Assembly: GCF_009914755.1 (NCBI RefSeq) | Contig: NC_060925.1 | Source: the human T2T-CHM13v2.0 reference genome, Homo sapiens | DNA length: 64,000 bases | Strand: one strand, 5' to 3' | Part shown: in pieces, positions 15,603-37,184 of the stretch | How positions within the stretch are numbered: the stretch's first letter is position 1 | How the letters are laid out: each line of letters begins with the position of its first letter | Made by a program: the position numbers and the translations under genes | The notes under the pieces: generated by a model | Seen by the model: the letters and a program-made list of their open reading frames with translations, nothing else | The model's database searches: none | Told to the model about the DNA's origin: nothing

Positions 15603-15913
15603 GGCTGGGTGCAGTGGCTCTTGCCTGTAATCCCAGCACTTTGGGAGGCCAAGGTGAGTGGATCACGAAGTCAGGAGTTCAAGACCAGCCTGGCCAAGAT
15701 GGTGAAACCCCGTCTCTACTAAAAATACAAAAAAAAAAAAAAAAAATTAGCCAGGTGTGGTGGTGGGTGCCTGTAATCCCAGCTACTCAGGAGGCTGAAG
15801 CAGAGAATTGCTTGAACCTGGGAAGCAGAAGTTGCAGTGAGCCAAGACCGCACTACTGCACTCCAGCCTGGGCGACAGAGTGAGACTGTCTCAAAAAAAA
15901 AAAAAAAAAAAAA
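15603..15913 (+). mobile_element. AluSg-like
   Basis: Full dimer; TSD GAAATGTA. Confidence 0.9.
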
Positions 15914-16185
15914 GAAATGTATAAAATAAGAAGCAAAAACCATGATTCATAAGCTGTACTCTATAAATGTGAGTTCCTGATACTGAAAAACTGGTTTATG
16001 GTGAGTACTCTAGGAATTTTGACTCACTTTCTATTTAACCTTAAGAGACAGAAAACACTTTCAGTCAGAAACAGTATTTCTTTAGTGCAAGAAATAAGGA
16101 CCTGCACTTAACTTAAATCACTATCTTCTTTCAAAACAAAGGTAAGAGCTGGAGCCCAAGTCCTCTCTGTGAGATTTGCCGCCAG

Positions 16186-17075
<890 letters not shown>

Positions 17076-18304
17076 GATTTGCCTCCTTTACCAAATGAGT
17101 TGTTGCGACTTTTATCTAAAACAATTAGAAAATTTGAAGGGAGCAATAACTCAAAAGCTGCTAATGCTGTGTGGATGACATTCAGTAAGGGAACAATGCT
17201 ATGACTTAAAATAACATACTTCAATCTTTGTGCTAAGATCAGACATTGTCATATTATGCGTGCACGTGCTTGATCATGTAGATGAGATTTATGCAAATCC
17301 CTCTGGGAATGTATATGTGACACTTTTCAGAGTGTTCTGTGTCAGGGTTCTGAGTATCTCAATTAGAAGACTTTCAGTGCTCAGTCTGGATACTTCTGCT
17401 GTTTCCACCTCAAAGATTAGAACTTCTTTTGAAACTATAACCTTGGCAGCTTTAATCTGCCCCCATCCCTATTCCTCATCCATCCACCTCCCCTCTGTCA
17501 AGTTTATTATCAGTACATACTTTTTAAAATCTTTGGAATGCAAAGCCATTTAATTAAGAAAAATTTGAGGGCACAACTATATAAAGGAGGTAAAAATCGC
17601 TAATATTAGTTAGTTAAAAATCTGCTAGGGGGCAGCTAGATTGAGAAATCTTGCTTTTGGGGTAGCCATTTTTGTAGCAAAATTTTTTACCTTCTCCAAG
17701 AGCAATGGTCTGTTGTGACTGTAGCAACTGATAGGAAATCCTAAGGCCCAGAAGCATCTTTTCAATATGTGGGGGTTCTTAAACATTGAGGGAAGATATT
17801 CTTAAGCATTTTCTTGAGCAGATGTGTTTTTAAAAATGCAAATGGATATAATCTCTGAATACTAAACCAGTGGTGAGCAATCTTTTTATATAAAAGCCAA
17901 TGTAAAAACATAAAATAAAAAGTTTATAGCCTCCCACCCTCTCATTTTTTTCTAAATAAAAATGTCTTCATATTTTCTCTCATCATAAAAATGGTATAAA
18001 TTCAGAAGAAAATTGACGCTGCTTTGTAGCCAATAAATATGAATATCTAGACCCGTTATGGAAGTAGCAAAGTGGAGTTTTTTTTCTAATCTTTTTATGA
18101 ACTTAGATCAAAATGCAAGATGGGGAGCACGCAGCCCTCAAAGCCACAAAGTTTTTATCACCTTTGAGAAAGAATATAGTTTTTCCTTTAAATGTTGTCT
18201 CTTCTAAATTACTGTTGTAGGAAAATAACATGATTATATACTTGAAAATCATAAAAGAATCACATTTAAAATGACCCTAACTGAATTCAGTATGGGAATT
18301 AGTT

Positions 18305-21002
<2,698 letters not shown>

Positions 21003-21008
21003 TGTATA

Positions 21009-21014
<6 letters not shown>

Positions 21015-21061
<47 letters not shown>
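21015..21061. repeat. (TG)n microsatellite
   Basis: Direct reading. Confidence 0.95.
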
Positions 21062-21065
<4 letters not shown>

Positions 21066-21441
21066 ATAAAGGCTTCTACTCTGAAAGTAGGAATAATTCT
21101 ACAATAATTTATATAAATGGGGAAATATATATCTCTAATTAGTATCTTCTACTTATAGGGACTAGTAGGGAATAGGAACAATGAGAAGAAAGGAAAAACA
21201 GAAAATTTAAATCCTCATTAGTCTTTGTTGCTAAAATGTAGAACCCAGCATGAATGTCTTTTACTTTACCAGGGCACCCGAATGCATTTTTGGATATGGA
21301 AAGGTGGACCAGAGTTGAGTCTGGGAAGTGTAGAGTGAAATTACTCTAAATATATAATAAAGAGAGGAAATAGGAAAAGAGGTTAACTTCCACTTATGTG
21401 GCCTGTGGGTTGTTTAGGTTGTTGTGAAGAAAAGAAGAAGA

Positions 21442-21903
<462 letters not shown>

Positions 21904-22164
21904 TTATATGAGGGAAGTAGGATAGGTATTAGAATTAGCACAAAATGATGTGGGCTAGGAGACTTGAAGCAATTATATTTAAGTCTCAAAGGACCAAGTA
22001 ATTTCTGCTGACAAATATAACCATTTATGGTTGTTTAAGCATTGAATCAAGTCTGGAAAGTGTGCACCAAACTATTCCTGGTGATAACTATGACTCATTC
22101 CTTGAGATTCTAACTCACTAGATTTCTAATGGGGCCTCTGAGCAAGTTCATTAAAAAATTTATT

Positions 22165-24200
<2,036 letters not shown>

Positions 24201-24239
24201 ACTTCTACATGCTCTCCAGGAGGTTTAAATGTGGGTCTG

Positions 24240-24424
24240 TGGAACCCTTTGGGAAGTGAGGAGTGCCTCTGCCCTGCTCCCGTCCTGTCTGGGAAGTGAG
24301 GAGCACCTCTGCCTGGCCGCTGTGCAACCCTCCAAGTGTGAAGTGGCAGCCTTGTGTGTGATCTTTCTGCCCTCCCCAAGTTTGCATTTTTGACATTAAA
24401 GTTTACTTTTAAATTAAAAGTTTT
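24240..24424 (+). mobile_element. SVA2-like retroposon (two VNTR units + unique 3' segment)
   Basis: GGGAAGTGAGGAG(T/C)..CTCTGCC VNTR units followed by GCTGTGCAACCCTCCAAGTGTGAAGTG...ACATTAAAGTTTAC...ATTAAAA. Confidence 0.75.
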
Positions 24425-24433
24425 ATATTGGGG

Positions 24434-24690
24434 AATATATATATTATATATAATAGTATATATTATAATATATAATATAATATATAATATTATATATTAT
24501 ATTATATTATATAATATATAATATTATATATTATATAATATATAATATTATATATTATAATATAATATAATATATAATGTATATATAATATACATTATAT
24601 ATACACATACATTATAATATATAATATATTATATATATTAAATATATAATATATATTATATATACATATATATTATATATGTATATATAA
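24434..24690. repeat. AT-rich (TA/TATAA)n low-complexity tract
   Basis: ~255 nt almost purely A/T. Confidence 0.95.
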
Positions 24691-25308
24691 AGTGGGTCTG
24701 CCGGATGACAAGGAGGATCCAGACAGGATCGAAGTACAGATCCTCCTTTCAGGCACATCAAGAGGCATTCCCAGAGAGGTAAGAAGGGAATCATTTCACA
24801 GTAGTTATTGAATGTTATTTTTAATTTTACATTCTATTGTGCCTAAGTTGTTTAGAAAACTATACAGAATTTATGCCATGATGTGAGTTATATTATTCTC
24901 AATTAATCCATTTGTCTGTCTTTGTGAAATCAAGAAACAAAACTCAATACAGAGGATTTTAGAAAGAGATTCTGCATAGGGTGGGTTCCCCAAATATACG
25001 GAGTGAAGATTCTCATGCCTGCAGTGGGCATGTGGAAGGTTCAGCTCCCCCTACAGAAGGATGCCCAAGTAATCCCTGTTTCTGTGTTGCATGCACTCCT
25101 GAACTGGCACTGAATCCTATCAGCTGGAGATAAATGAGGCCTGCCACAGGGAGTGGGAGAGGCCAGAGCCCAAAGGCACACACTTTTAGAGAACACAACA
25201 CTATGTTTTAAGCTACTCTGTGTGTGTGTGTGTATGTGTGTTTAAATCACTACTCTATATAATGCTGGGATTTAAAAAACAAACAAACAAACAAACAAAC
25301 AAACTTAA

Positions 25309-25815
<507 letters not shown>

Positions 25816-27855
25816 TTAAGAATGGTGTCTGTTCTCCAACTGACCTCAAGGGAAGGAAGGGACAATTCAAAGTTGAAAGAGTAGTTTCCTTAAGGTTGTT
25901 GGTGGGACTTGAGGCACAAGCAGTGATGTCTCTGGGCCAGGAGACAGATTTCAACACAGTGACAGAGTGAAATGCTCTCTCCCCAGCTCAGCTGAATACT
26001 CAGTACAAGAAGATCACCAGGGGCCCAGAAACTGTTTGGTATGCCCAGGGGTTTGTGGCTGTGACAGCCCTAGGAGGCAGCCTTCTTCTGGCTGAGAAGA
26101 ATGGCAGGTGACTCTGTGCAGAGTGAAACATGAAAGGACAGCTTTGAATGAGGTGTGCTTATGTCCTGCAATGATGAGGATAGGTACTGGGAATAGGAAC
26201 TTTTGGACTATTGAAGAAAATTTGAACCCATTTGTATTCAGAGGCTAGTGAGGTCTTGAGACATCTGGAATATCTGATACAATGTGGTTTATATGGATTA
26301 TTTTTTAACAGAAGAAAGAGGATTAAATTATAATACATAATGACACCTCACTTATTTCACATTATGAGGAAATGTGATATTCCAGTAAGTCAATTTTCCA
26401 AATAATTGAAACAGCTCTTTAAGATTTAAAACATTTTAATGTTTTTAATGGAAAGTCTGCCAAAGTATACTGTACACTTTGCTTGCTTCTCAGAGGGGAA
26501 AATGAATTTAATGATTCCAAGTCATTGTGAGCACTGATGACTTTTTGTATTCTAGTATGGCAAGGCCCTGAGGATCTGATGACATACCTAGGGCTATTTT
26601 CTCTTAAGATAAATAGTCCCTAGCCTGCCATGCTCTCTGAACTCTTGTATCCACTTTTGGTAGGTTTGCTCTCTCCATTGTTATTAGACTGTCAAGAGAC
26701 ACTTGCTTTTCTCAGGGAGACAGTTTCTAGGCATCCACTTTACCCTCATTAACCTTTTAATTTCATCTTTAATCTGCTTTGGATATAGAAATTGCATGAC
26801 TCATGTGAAAATCCTGGCTTAAAAAAGATGGAGTTCTAACTTCTGACAAAGGGTTGGAAGGGTTTGCCTAGGAATGAAGTGCGAGTTTTTAAAGCAGTTA
26901 TTTTGTCTATTTGGAAGTATTTTAAATTTACTTTTGGTCTTGGCTGTGTTCCTCCACATTGCAGTTATTGGACTGGGGACTTTCAGAGAAGTGGTTTTTA
27001 ATATATGTACACAATTGGGATGCTGGGGAGAGGGGAAAAGATTATTGTAGCCCTCTATCTCACCCAGATCAACATTATCTTATTCATTTTATGGAAATTG
27101 TAGTTAATATTCTGAATTAATTAGATTGTACAATCAGTTTCAAAAGCATAATGCAGTGGTGTATAAAATTTAATAATGTATAAAACTTGTTATGGAAATT
27201 TAAAATTTTAGGGCCAAGATGGAATTCAAACATGAATTTTGTATGAAGAAATGAAACAAAATAGTTGTGTTAGAGTAATTTTCTTTATTATTAGGGAAAA
27301 ACATCCACAGCATCATTTAAATACTATACCATTCATCACATGTAATGCTTCCCAGCAAACTAATTTAAGGTGGACTCTAGACTCGATAAATATCAAAAGA
27401 GTATATCACAGTCCTCGCCTCTGCCTGTTTTCCTTTTGAAGATCAGCAGGCTTAGTAAAAACAGATTTCCTAAAATAAGCATTATCATATACAGAGAAGA
27501 CTGGAAATCGTAAATGATGTGAGCAACTTCCCTTGATTATGACAGGAAGCCTGCATATATAATCTTTGTAGTGAATAAACATCTCCAATTTCTAGTATTA
27601 TATCATCCAATTCCAGGAAAACATTATCATAATATGAAATAGATGAGAAAGTAAGTAGCAATCAGAACTATCTGGCAATGAGAAACACTAGGTTTTCTTT
27701 CTCTTGAGTCAGAGCAGCTTTCCTTAGTGAGAAAAGCTGATGTAAGGTGGTTCCACATTCAAATTTCAGTGCCTGAGCAACTTCGGGTAAGTTACTAAAT
27801 TTCTCTGAACCTCAGCCCTTCTGACCATTATGCATTGGAAATAATGCTTCCTTCC

Positions 27856-28302
27856 TGTCTTAATCTGTTTTGCATTGCTATAACAGAATACCCGGGGCTG
27901 GGTAATTTATAAAGGAAAAAGGTTTATTTAGCTCGTGGTTTTTTTTTTTTTTTTTTTGGCTCCAGACTGTCCTCTGGTGGAGCTTTTGTGCTGCATTGAA
28001 ACATGGAGGAGAAGGTCAAAGGGGAAGCAAGCATGAAGAGGGACCAGACCAGAGGGGCATCCTGGATTTATAGAAACCTACTCTTGGGGGAACTAATCCA
28101 TTCCTGTGAGAACTAAACCAGTCTCACCAGAGCAAGAAATCACTCACTGCCACAAGGACAGCACCAAGATATTCAGGAAGGACCTGTCCCCATGACCCAA
28201 ACACCTCCCACCACACCCTACTTCTCAACACAGACACACGGGGGAATCAAATTTCAACATGAGATTTGGTGAAGACAAACAAACCATATCCTAACCATAG
28301 CA
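27856..28302 (-). mobile_element. MST-family solo LTR
   Basis: TGTCTTAATCTGTTTTGCATTGCTATAACAG ... TTTCAACATGAGATTTGG..CCATAGCA; perfect TSD CTTCC. Confidence 0.85.
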
Positions 28303-28337
28303 CTTCCCAAGAATGGCATAAGATTTAACTGAGGTAA

Positions 28338-28865
28338 TGTTACTGAAATGCCAGGGGTTCACTCTAGGTCCTTCTGCTTGCCACACAGAAAGCCAATCAC
28401 TGAGACAATGAGTATGACTAGGGAAGAAGTCTTTAATTAGGTGCTGCAGCCAAGGCAATGGGTGATTGGTCTCAAATCTATCTCCCTGACTAACTAAAAT
28501 TAGAAGTTTATATAGCAGGGAAGAACTATAACCACGTATGGGAAAACAAGAATTAGTGAGGGGTAAGGAAGAGGAGTTGGTCAACAGGAAGCAGGTGGCT
28601 GGCTAGGCACTCATGACAGGTGAGGGGTCTGGTGTTTCACTGTCCAGATGCAGTGATCTGGTAAGTTTCAGTTCCTTGATACTATCTGGGAGGGCTGATG
28701 TTTGGTTTTCTGAGAAAGGAACTCAGATAAAATAAATGTTTAGTGCTTCAGTGGAAGTTTATATATATGTAACTTTCCCAAGTTTCAAGACTGGGAGGAT
28801 GAATTTCTATGTTTATTCAAAAGAAACCATAAACATCAGTTCTAGGGACAATTGGGCTGGCTTCA
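28338..28865 (-). mobile_element. ERV1-class solo LTR (MER66-like; subfamily uncertain)
   Basis: TG...CA termini (TGTTACTGAA / GGCTTCA), near-TSD GTAA/GTCA, recalled LTR sequence. Confidence 0.65.
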
Positions 28866-29953
28866 GTCATGCACATTTAGCCCTTTCCTGTACCCTACAT
28901 CCCCTCTATTTGAAAGCAGTGGTCCTACACTCAAACAGTCTTCAGGTCCTCACCTCCAACCATGACCTCCCTCTTGTATGTCTTGTCTTTCTAAGGGATC
29001 CCCAGTCACCCACCCAAAAAGCTAGTGGCTGTCCAAGGTTCCTCCTTTGCCTTCATCCTCCCGGCTCTGAACAACTCCTGGCCACTGATTCCTGTCTGAG
29101 TTAGGAGTTAGATGCATCTGCTCTGAGCTCCCCTGATCTACACGTACTTCACAATGTGCACTTTACCCACACTGGTGAATGCTCAGTAGACTCAGATTGT
29201 CTTGCAGGAAGGACTTAGGGTTTTTATCTCTGAATAATGATATTTGTGGAACTAAAGTGAAATAAAAGAATAATAGCTCAATAAACCTCAGTTTGCATTC
29301 TCCCTATTATTTCTTTTGCTCAAGATGCTGACTTGTGTGGCTTTTGTGTCTGGCTCTTGCCCTGCCTACATGTAGGACTGGTTTCTGTGGGTATTTCTGG
29401 TGAGATCTCAGAAGTATCTCACAAAATCCTATCAGTACACACAATACAGGGAGCACTAAGAAAGCACTGCAATCCCCATCTTACAGGGGAGGACCCTAGT
29501 GTACAGGGGCTTTCAAGATCTTCGTGTGAGGTTAAACAGTCAGTGAGAGGCAAGCCTGGGATCAATCCTGGGTGTGGCTGATGCCAGTACCCACACATAA
29601 CCATTATCATAACTCTATTCCCTCCTCAATAGGTGTGATCAGTTACCCATGGCATCCTCATTTTACACTCCTTCGTCTACTTAAGCTTCCCTTTCCAAGC
29701 ACTGCTAGTGCTTTTGATTGGTGCTTCTGATGCCTCTCACAAAGCACTGCAGTCCTCAATTTGCCAGAATGGGGCAGATTGTTCTCTCTTGCTCTTTTGT
29801 TCATTCAACTTTGTCAGAGGATTATTAAAGCTCCTTGTACCCCTATGTCCCCTAGAAAATTTCATGAAATGGGCAGAAATTCAGCGGATATGCTCTGGCC
29901 TTGGGCACAGCTGGCAGATGCCCTGATGGATTAGGTGCCAAATTGGATAAATT

Positions 29954-30110
29954 ACTGGGTGTGGTGGCTCATGCTTGTACTCCCAGCACTTCGAGAGGCT
30001 GAGGCAGGAGGACTGCTGGAGTCCAGGAGATTGAGACCAGCCTGGGCAACATAGTGAGACTTCATCTCTACAAAATAAAATAATTGTCTGGGTATGGTGG
30101 CATGTGCCTC
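29954..30110 (+). mobile_element. Partial AluJ/FLAM
   Basis: Left monomer plus the start of the right arm. Confidence 0.8.
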
Positions 30111-30317
30111 CATAAAGGATAAATTGTCTTAATATAAGTTAAACATAACTTAAACATAAATTAAATACAAATGTAATTCCCCATTTATTTAATATTTAAA
30201 TTAAATATAACATATTAATATATAAACACATGTATTTCGTTTTTGAAATATATATTTATATCCATCCAATGTATATATTTGTTTTGAAGCCTCTTTCTCT
30301 TATTTGTTGTTTACTAG

Positions 30318-30686
<369 letters not shown>

Positions 30687-30879
30687 TAATCTATAACTAG
30701 ATCTTAGGAGAATGATCCAGCGGGTGGTTTTACTGACTTCCTGGTTGTAAGACTGTGTCTTTGTCTTCCTACTTGGCTAAATCTTCAACATCCTATAAAG
30801 CTGTAGCCCCAGGCAGAAGTTAGGCCACAATTTTACTCAGCCTCCATTTACAAAACTGTGTGGGAGTGTGAAATGACAT

Positions 30880-31500
30880 AGGTACAAGGCTGTTCATTGT
30901 GATATTGAGAGTAACAGAGAACATTTATCTGTAAATAGCATGTGTACAGCAAGAGAGGACTCGAGTAAACCACGGTTCACGCACACAATGAACTACACAG
31001 AGCTATAAAAAAGAAAGTAAAATCTCCATGTCCTGATATGGAACAATCTTCTGTACATACAGTTAAGCGACAAAAGCAAGGTATAGAACAGTGCATATGG
31101 TGTGCTATCTTTTGTGTAAAAGGGTATGCTATCCTTTTAAGAAAGCGAGAGACACCACATGCCTGTGGTCCCAGCTACTTGGGAGGCTGAGGTAGGAGAA
31201 TCACTTGAGCCCAGGAGTTTGGGCTGCAGTGAGCTATGATTGCGCCTGTGAATGTAAATAGCCACTGCACTCCAGCTTGGGCAACATCATAGAGAGATCC
31301 TGTCTCAAAAAAAAAAAAAAAGGAAGAGAAATAAGAATATATATAGTTGCGAGAAGAGCCATTGGAAGAATACACAACAAACCAATAAAAATGATTTCCT
31401 AAAGAAGAGGGAAAGTGAGACTGGAGTAAACATGAGATTTCTCTGTATCATAAAATGCTATAGTTTGAGTTTTGAATTTTGATTTATGTAATATGTAGAT
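30880..31500 (+). mobile_element. L1ME-type 3' fragment with nested Alu right monomer (31153-31322)
   Basis: ACAATGAACTACACAGAGCTATAAAAAAG..., AAAAGCAAGGTATAGAACAGTG. Confidence 0.6.
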
Positions 31501-31988
31501 ATTAAAATATCTACCAATTACCAAAATAAAAAAAAAAAGAGTGTGTGTACCTGTGTGTAGAGGGCAGGATGCTTCCAAGCCCAGAGCCTAGTTCCAAGCC
31601 CATTTTAGCACCTCTTTGTGGTGCTAAAATTCCAAGTACCACTGCCTGCCTCAAGGCAGCTAACCTACTCCTGGTCTGCATTTATGTGCTCTTCCTGGTT
31701 TGTGGAAATGATTATTGCTTTTGAGTCTGTTTCTTTTTGGTTTTCTCTTTTTCTATTTCATCTGTCTTGCTGAATATTTGGAGCAGAGGAAATGTTTAGA
31801 TTTGTGAAACTATTGTGCCATTGTAAGTCCTTTTCCTTTAGTTTTAACCCTTATTATTGAAAATCCTTTAAAAATATTTTTTTCTTACCTTACAAAGTCC
31901 AGCACACTCAGAATTACTAAACATTTCTCAGATAACAAAACATAATAGAATGAACTTTATAACCCTTAATTATCAGTATAAAATCATT

Positions 31989-32465
<477 letters not shown>

Positions 32466-32688
32466 AAAGAATTATAGTTGTAGACTTGGAAAATAAAAAG
32501 GTTGAACTAAATGTGACTGATCCTAGGATGTTCCAGAAATCCAAAGGAAATATTTTGCCTAGAGTAATGTCAAGTATATGGTAGGTACTTGATGAATGTT
32601 TATGAATAAATAAAGGCTTTTTACAAGACATTGGATGGTCATTAAAACACAGCGAGAAGTAGGCAAGAAAATTTGTTTTAAAAATGTT

Positions 32689-32995
<307 letters not shown>

Positions 32996-34669
32996 TGTTA
33001 AGCATCGACTCTGTCTAGGCCTGTACTGTAACATTAAGAATAAGAAGATAAAAAAAAAGAAGATATAGTCTAGTCTTTGATAGTTTATACTCTAGTGAAG
33101 GAGACAAATGTAACACAGTCTGACAATCAGAGGAGAGATGGGGACTGAAGGAGTAGGTTGTCTTCAGAGGGATATTAATAGTTGAAATTGGGACAGATAA
33201 TGACACCAAACAGGCTTGCAACATGAGAGGGACACAAGCAGAACCTCGGAGAGTACCTATATTTAATGGGAAGAAAAAGAGGATCCAGTGAGGAAAATCA
33301 AGACAGAGTTAGAGAGATCAGAGGAGAAATTGAAGAGCAATTTGTCATTGAGACCAGAAGCAGAGATGGCTTTGAGAAGGAAGGAACGATCAACATTGTC
33401 AAATTGCCGAGAGATGGGGCAAGATGAAGAGTGAAGATGTCATCAGATTTGGCAGTTAGGAGTTCATCAGTGGTTTCCAATAAAGTAATTTCAGTAAAAT
33501 CATTGGAGCAGATGTCAGACTGTAATGGGTTGTTGAGTAAATGCAGGGAGAGTTTATCTAGAGAATGCTTATGAGGAAGAATAAAAAGAGGCAGGAAAAA
33601 CCAGGAAGGGCAGAAACGTAGTCAATAAATGCAGGGGGAAAAATAGGCATCTCATTGCATGGAAACGAAGTGAAGGATTGAATGTCTAGATGCGAGGGGA
33701 AGGCAGGTTGGGGCAGAAGCTGGCAGCTAAGGCGGCGAACAAATCTGGGGGCTCAGAGAAGAAAGGAACAGAGGATATGCAATCAGGCAATCTTTGGTTC
33801 AATTCCTAGTTCTGTCCCTTACTGTGTAAACTTGGGCAAGTTACTTAATCTCTGCCCTTCAGATGCTAAAAAATAATCCTCAGAAAAAGGACAGATACTC
33901 CAACAACACTCCTACAGTAAATATGATAACTTCTAAGAGTTTTTTCTTCTTATGATTTTAATGTAGGCTGATGACATAAGTCCAAAGTACGATTCTAGGA
34001 AAGAATCTTACAGGGGACAAAATGATGTATTTCAAGTGCATGGCTTTCTGACAGTTTGGCTTTTAAGAGTATCTAGAGGTGAAATAGCAAATGGATTTTA
34101 TATTGCATGCCAATGCTAGGAGATGCCAATGGCTGCTCAAAGCACTGGTTGGGTAGAATCATGTTTGAGCAAGAGTCTAGGCTCAGCATAAGAAAGGGTT
34201 ATGGATTAAAGAAGTTGCCCAGGGGCGTGGAAAGGATAGTAAGTAGCAAGAGCAGTGCCATATACAGTATTTGCTGACACTGAATTAGAAGAGAAAATGG
34301 CTATGTATCCATCAGATAGTTCTCCATAAGTGATATTGAGCTTTTTGATAAGTAATGAATTGTAAAGATTTCCGAGAAGTAGAAATATTCTATGCTGTAC
34401 ATTAAGGGTAAGAACATAAATTACAGTAGTCAGCTACAGTCAGAAAGTGTGACATCCTTTTATGAATGTTAAGGCATGTGACCAGTTTACATTCATTAAT
34501 TTAGCAGAAGGTCTCTCCACCTGCTCAAGGGGGAAAGACCATGGAAATATCTGAGGCAGGATCAAAATCTTCCTTGGAAAAACAGGATACTCTATAAGAC
34601 ATGGACAAAAAGGAGATGAGGGTTCCAGTGCTTCATATCCAATGATCATCATCATTTTATCTTGAAAAC

Positions 34670-34808
34670 TTTTTTTGTTTTTTTTTTTTTAAGAGACAGT
34701 CTCTTTCCATGTTGCCTAAGTTAGTCTCAAACTCCTGGACTCAAGCAAAGCTCCCTCCTCAGCCTCCCAAGTAACTGGGCTTCCAGGCATGTGCCACCAT
34801 GCCTGGCT
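34670..34808 (-). mobile_element. FLAM monomer
   Basis: Monomeric Alu; TSD TTGAAAACTTT. Confidence 0.8.
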
Positions 34809-34931
34809 TGAAAACTTTTAAAAGTTTCTTTTGCCAAGCTTGCTTAATAGTATTTATAGTATATGCACCTTTAAGCTTGATGTACTTACAGTCTATGCAC
34901 TTTGGTTGAATCTTCCAAGACAGTGTATTTC

Positions 34932-34933
<2 letters not shown>

Positions 34934-34982
<49 letters not shown>
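34934..34982. repeat. Pure (TA)n microsatellite, ~24 units
   Basis: Direct reading. Confidence 0.95.
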
Positions 34983-34987
<5 letters not shown>

Positions 34988-35835
34988 TATTTGTGTGTGT
35001 ATAAACTATTTTATCTATGCTAACGATTCAATTGATTTTCTTGTATTTTCTACATAGACAATAACTTACACATAAAAATGATAATTTCTATGACTCCCCA
35101 ATATTTGTACAAATTATTTAATTTCATTTACTTTTTACCCTTGCCAAAGTGTCAATAGAATGCTAAAGAGTAATGGCATCCTTTTTTTTCTTGATTTTAT
35201 ATACTTCTAGATATGTATATATGTACACACACCCACACACACACACACACATATATATATATACCATGTTTTTAAACAAAATCTCATCTTGAACTCCAAT
35301 ACAGGTGAAGCAGAACCATTCTGGCTGAAGGGGACGTAGAGGGCTTGTTTTTCATCAAGGCTGGCACTGACGACTTCACAGAACATAGTTTGAAAGCCTC
35401 TGCTGTAAGATTAGTTACGAAATGCATCCCTAGGCCACAAAACAAATTAATTTGCTAGATTAGAATGTTCATCTTTATGAACAGGTGAAATGTTGGGGAT
35501 GTTTATAAAAAGTAATAATTTTTTATTTAGTCACTTAAGGCAATTATAATCATTAAAATACATCTCCCAGTGTCTGGATTCCCCAGTCTTTAACAAAACC
35601 ATGTGGTAGCACCAAGAGTTAACTCCAGTACAAGGAAGGCTGTGCCAGTCCCAGTCCTGTGCTTCCCTCTGCCTGTGGAGAAGGTCTGATCTGCTAATTG
35701 CTCCTAACAGGGTGTGGTCTTTTGAGAAAAATGGCACTTCAAGGCCCAAGAACACTGCAGGTATTTCAGTCTTCACATCTGCATTCTGGGCAGCAGGAAG
35801 ACAAAAAAAGGAGGAAGAATAAACTTGCTTGTTTT

Positions 35836-36088
35836 ATTTTTTTGAGACAGAGTCTTGCTCTGTCGCCCAGGTTGGACTGCAGTGGTGAGATTAAGGCTCA
35901 CTGCAGTCTTAACCTTCCAGGCTCAAGTGATCCTCCCACCTAAGCCTCTCAAGTAGCTGGGACTACAGGCATGTGCCACCACATCCAGCTAATTTTTATA
36001 TTTTCTGTAGAGTCACAGTCTCATATGTTGTCAGGGCTGGCCCTGAACTCCTGGCCTCAAGCAATCCTCCCGCCTCGGCCTCCCAAAA
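35836..36088 (-). mobile_element. AluJ (5'-truncated) within an old MaLR LTR
   Basis: Alu body; flanks GTCACACATGGCCACACCTAGCTGCAAGGGAG are MLT1-like. Confidence 0.8.
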
Positions 36089-36329
36089 CTTGCTTCTTGA
36101 AAAAGCATTCCCAGAAATCCCACCAAATTAACTCTTTATAATTCAATAGTCAAAATTTTGTCACACATGGCCACACCTAGCTGCAAGGGAGCCTGTGTGT
36201 TGCACTTTAGCAAGACAGATGGAACACATTCCTGTTGACACTTTAGGGCTGTTACTAAGGAACATTCATCCAGTAATGGTAACAGCTAGGCAGAAGTAAC
36301 CACCACTCCCCTGCACTACTGTGCCATGT

Positions 36330-37104
36330 GTGTATTTTACTATATGTACAGATTTGTGTTACCACTACCATACTCAGGATACAGAACAACTCCATTAACC
36401 ACCCCCCTCCTCCAAACTTCCCTTGTGCCTATCCCTTATAATCACATCTTCCCCTGTAACTATCTCCTGGCAAACACTGATCTGTTTTCCATCACTATAG
36501 TTTTGTTATCTCATTAATGTCATACAGATGGAACCATATAGTACATGGTATATAACCTTTTGAGACTGGCTTCTTTCAGTCAGCATAATGCCTTTGAGAT
36601 TCATTGAAGTTGTTGTATATGATAGTAGTTCATTCTTTTCAATTGCTGAGTAGTATTCCATGGTATGAATGTTTTATTCATTCATATGAAAAACATTTGA
36701 ATTGTTTCTACTTTTTGGCAATTATAATAGAGTTGCTATTTGTTTCTAAGTGAAGTTAAGTTCTCATCCACATATACCTTTTTATTTGTATTTATTTATT
36801 AAAATCATTTTTTTGAGACAGAGTCTCACTCTGTCACCCAGGTAGGAGTGCAGTGGCACCATCATAGCTCACTGCAGCCTCGAACTCCTGCCCTCAAGCA
36901 GTCCTCATCCCTCACCTCAGCCTCCCAAGGAGCTAAGGAGCTGGGACCATAGGTGTGTGCCACCACACCCACCTTAACTTTTGGCTTTTTGTAGAGACAG
37001 GGACTGTGTTGCCCAGGTTGGTCTTGAACTCCTGGTGTCAAGCAATCCTCCTGCCTCAGTCTTCCAAAGTGGTAGGATTTTAGGTGCAACTACTGCACCT
37101 GGCC
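36330..37104 (-). mobile_element. L1M 3' fragment followed by AluJ (36806-37104)
   Basis: TTTGAGACTGGCTTCTTTCA.TCAGCATAATG, TTGCTGAGTAGTATTCCATGGTATG; Alu body. Confidence 0.75.
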
Positions 37105-37184
37105 TACATTTTTATTATGACATTATATACAAGGACATTGTTTGTTAATGTGTTGTTCCCTTCCTATACTGAACTATATGTACC

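Noticed and set aside
24434-24690. Regularly spaced repeats as a CRISPR-like array
   Set aside because: Simple AT microsatellite in eukaryotic DNA, with no unique spacers.
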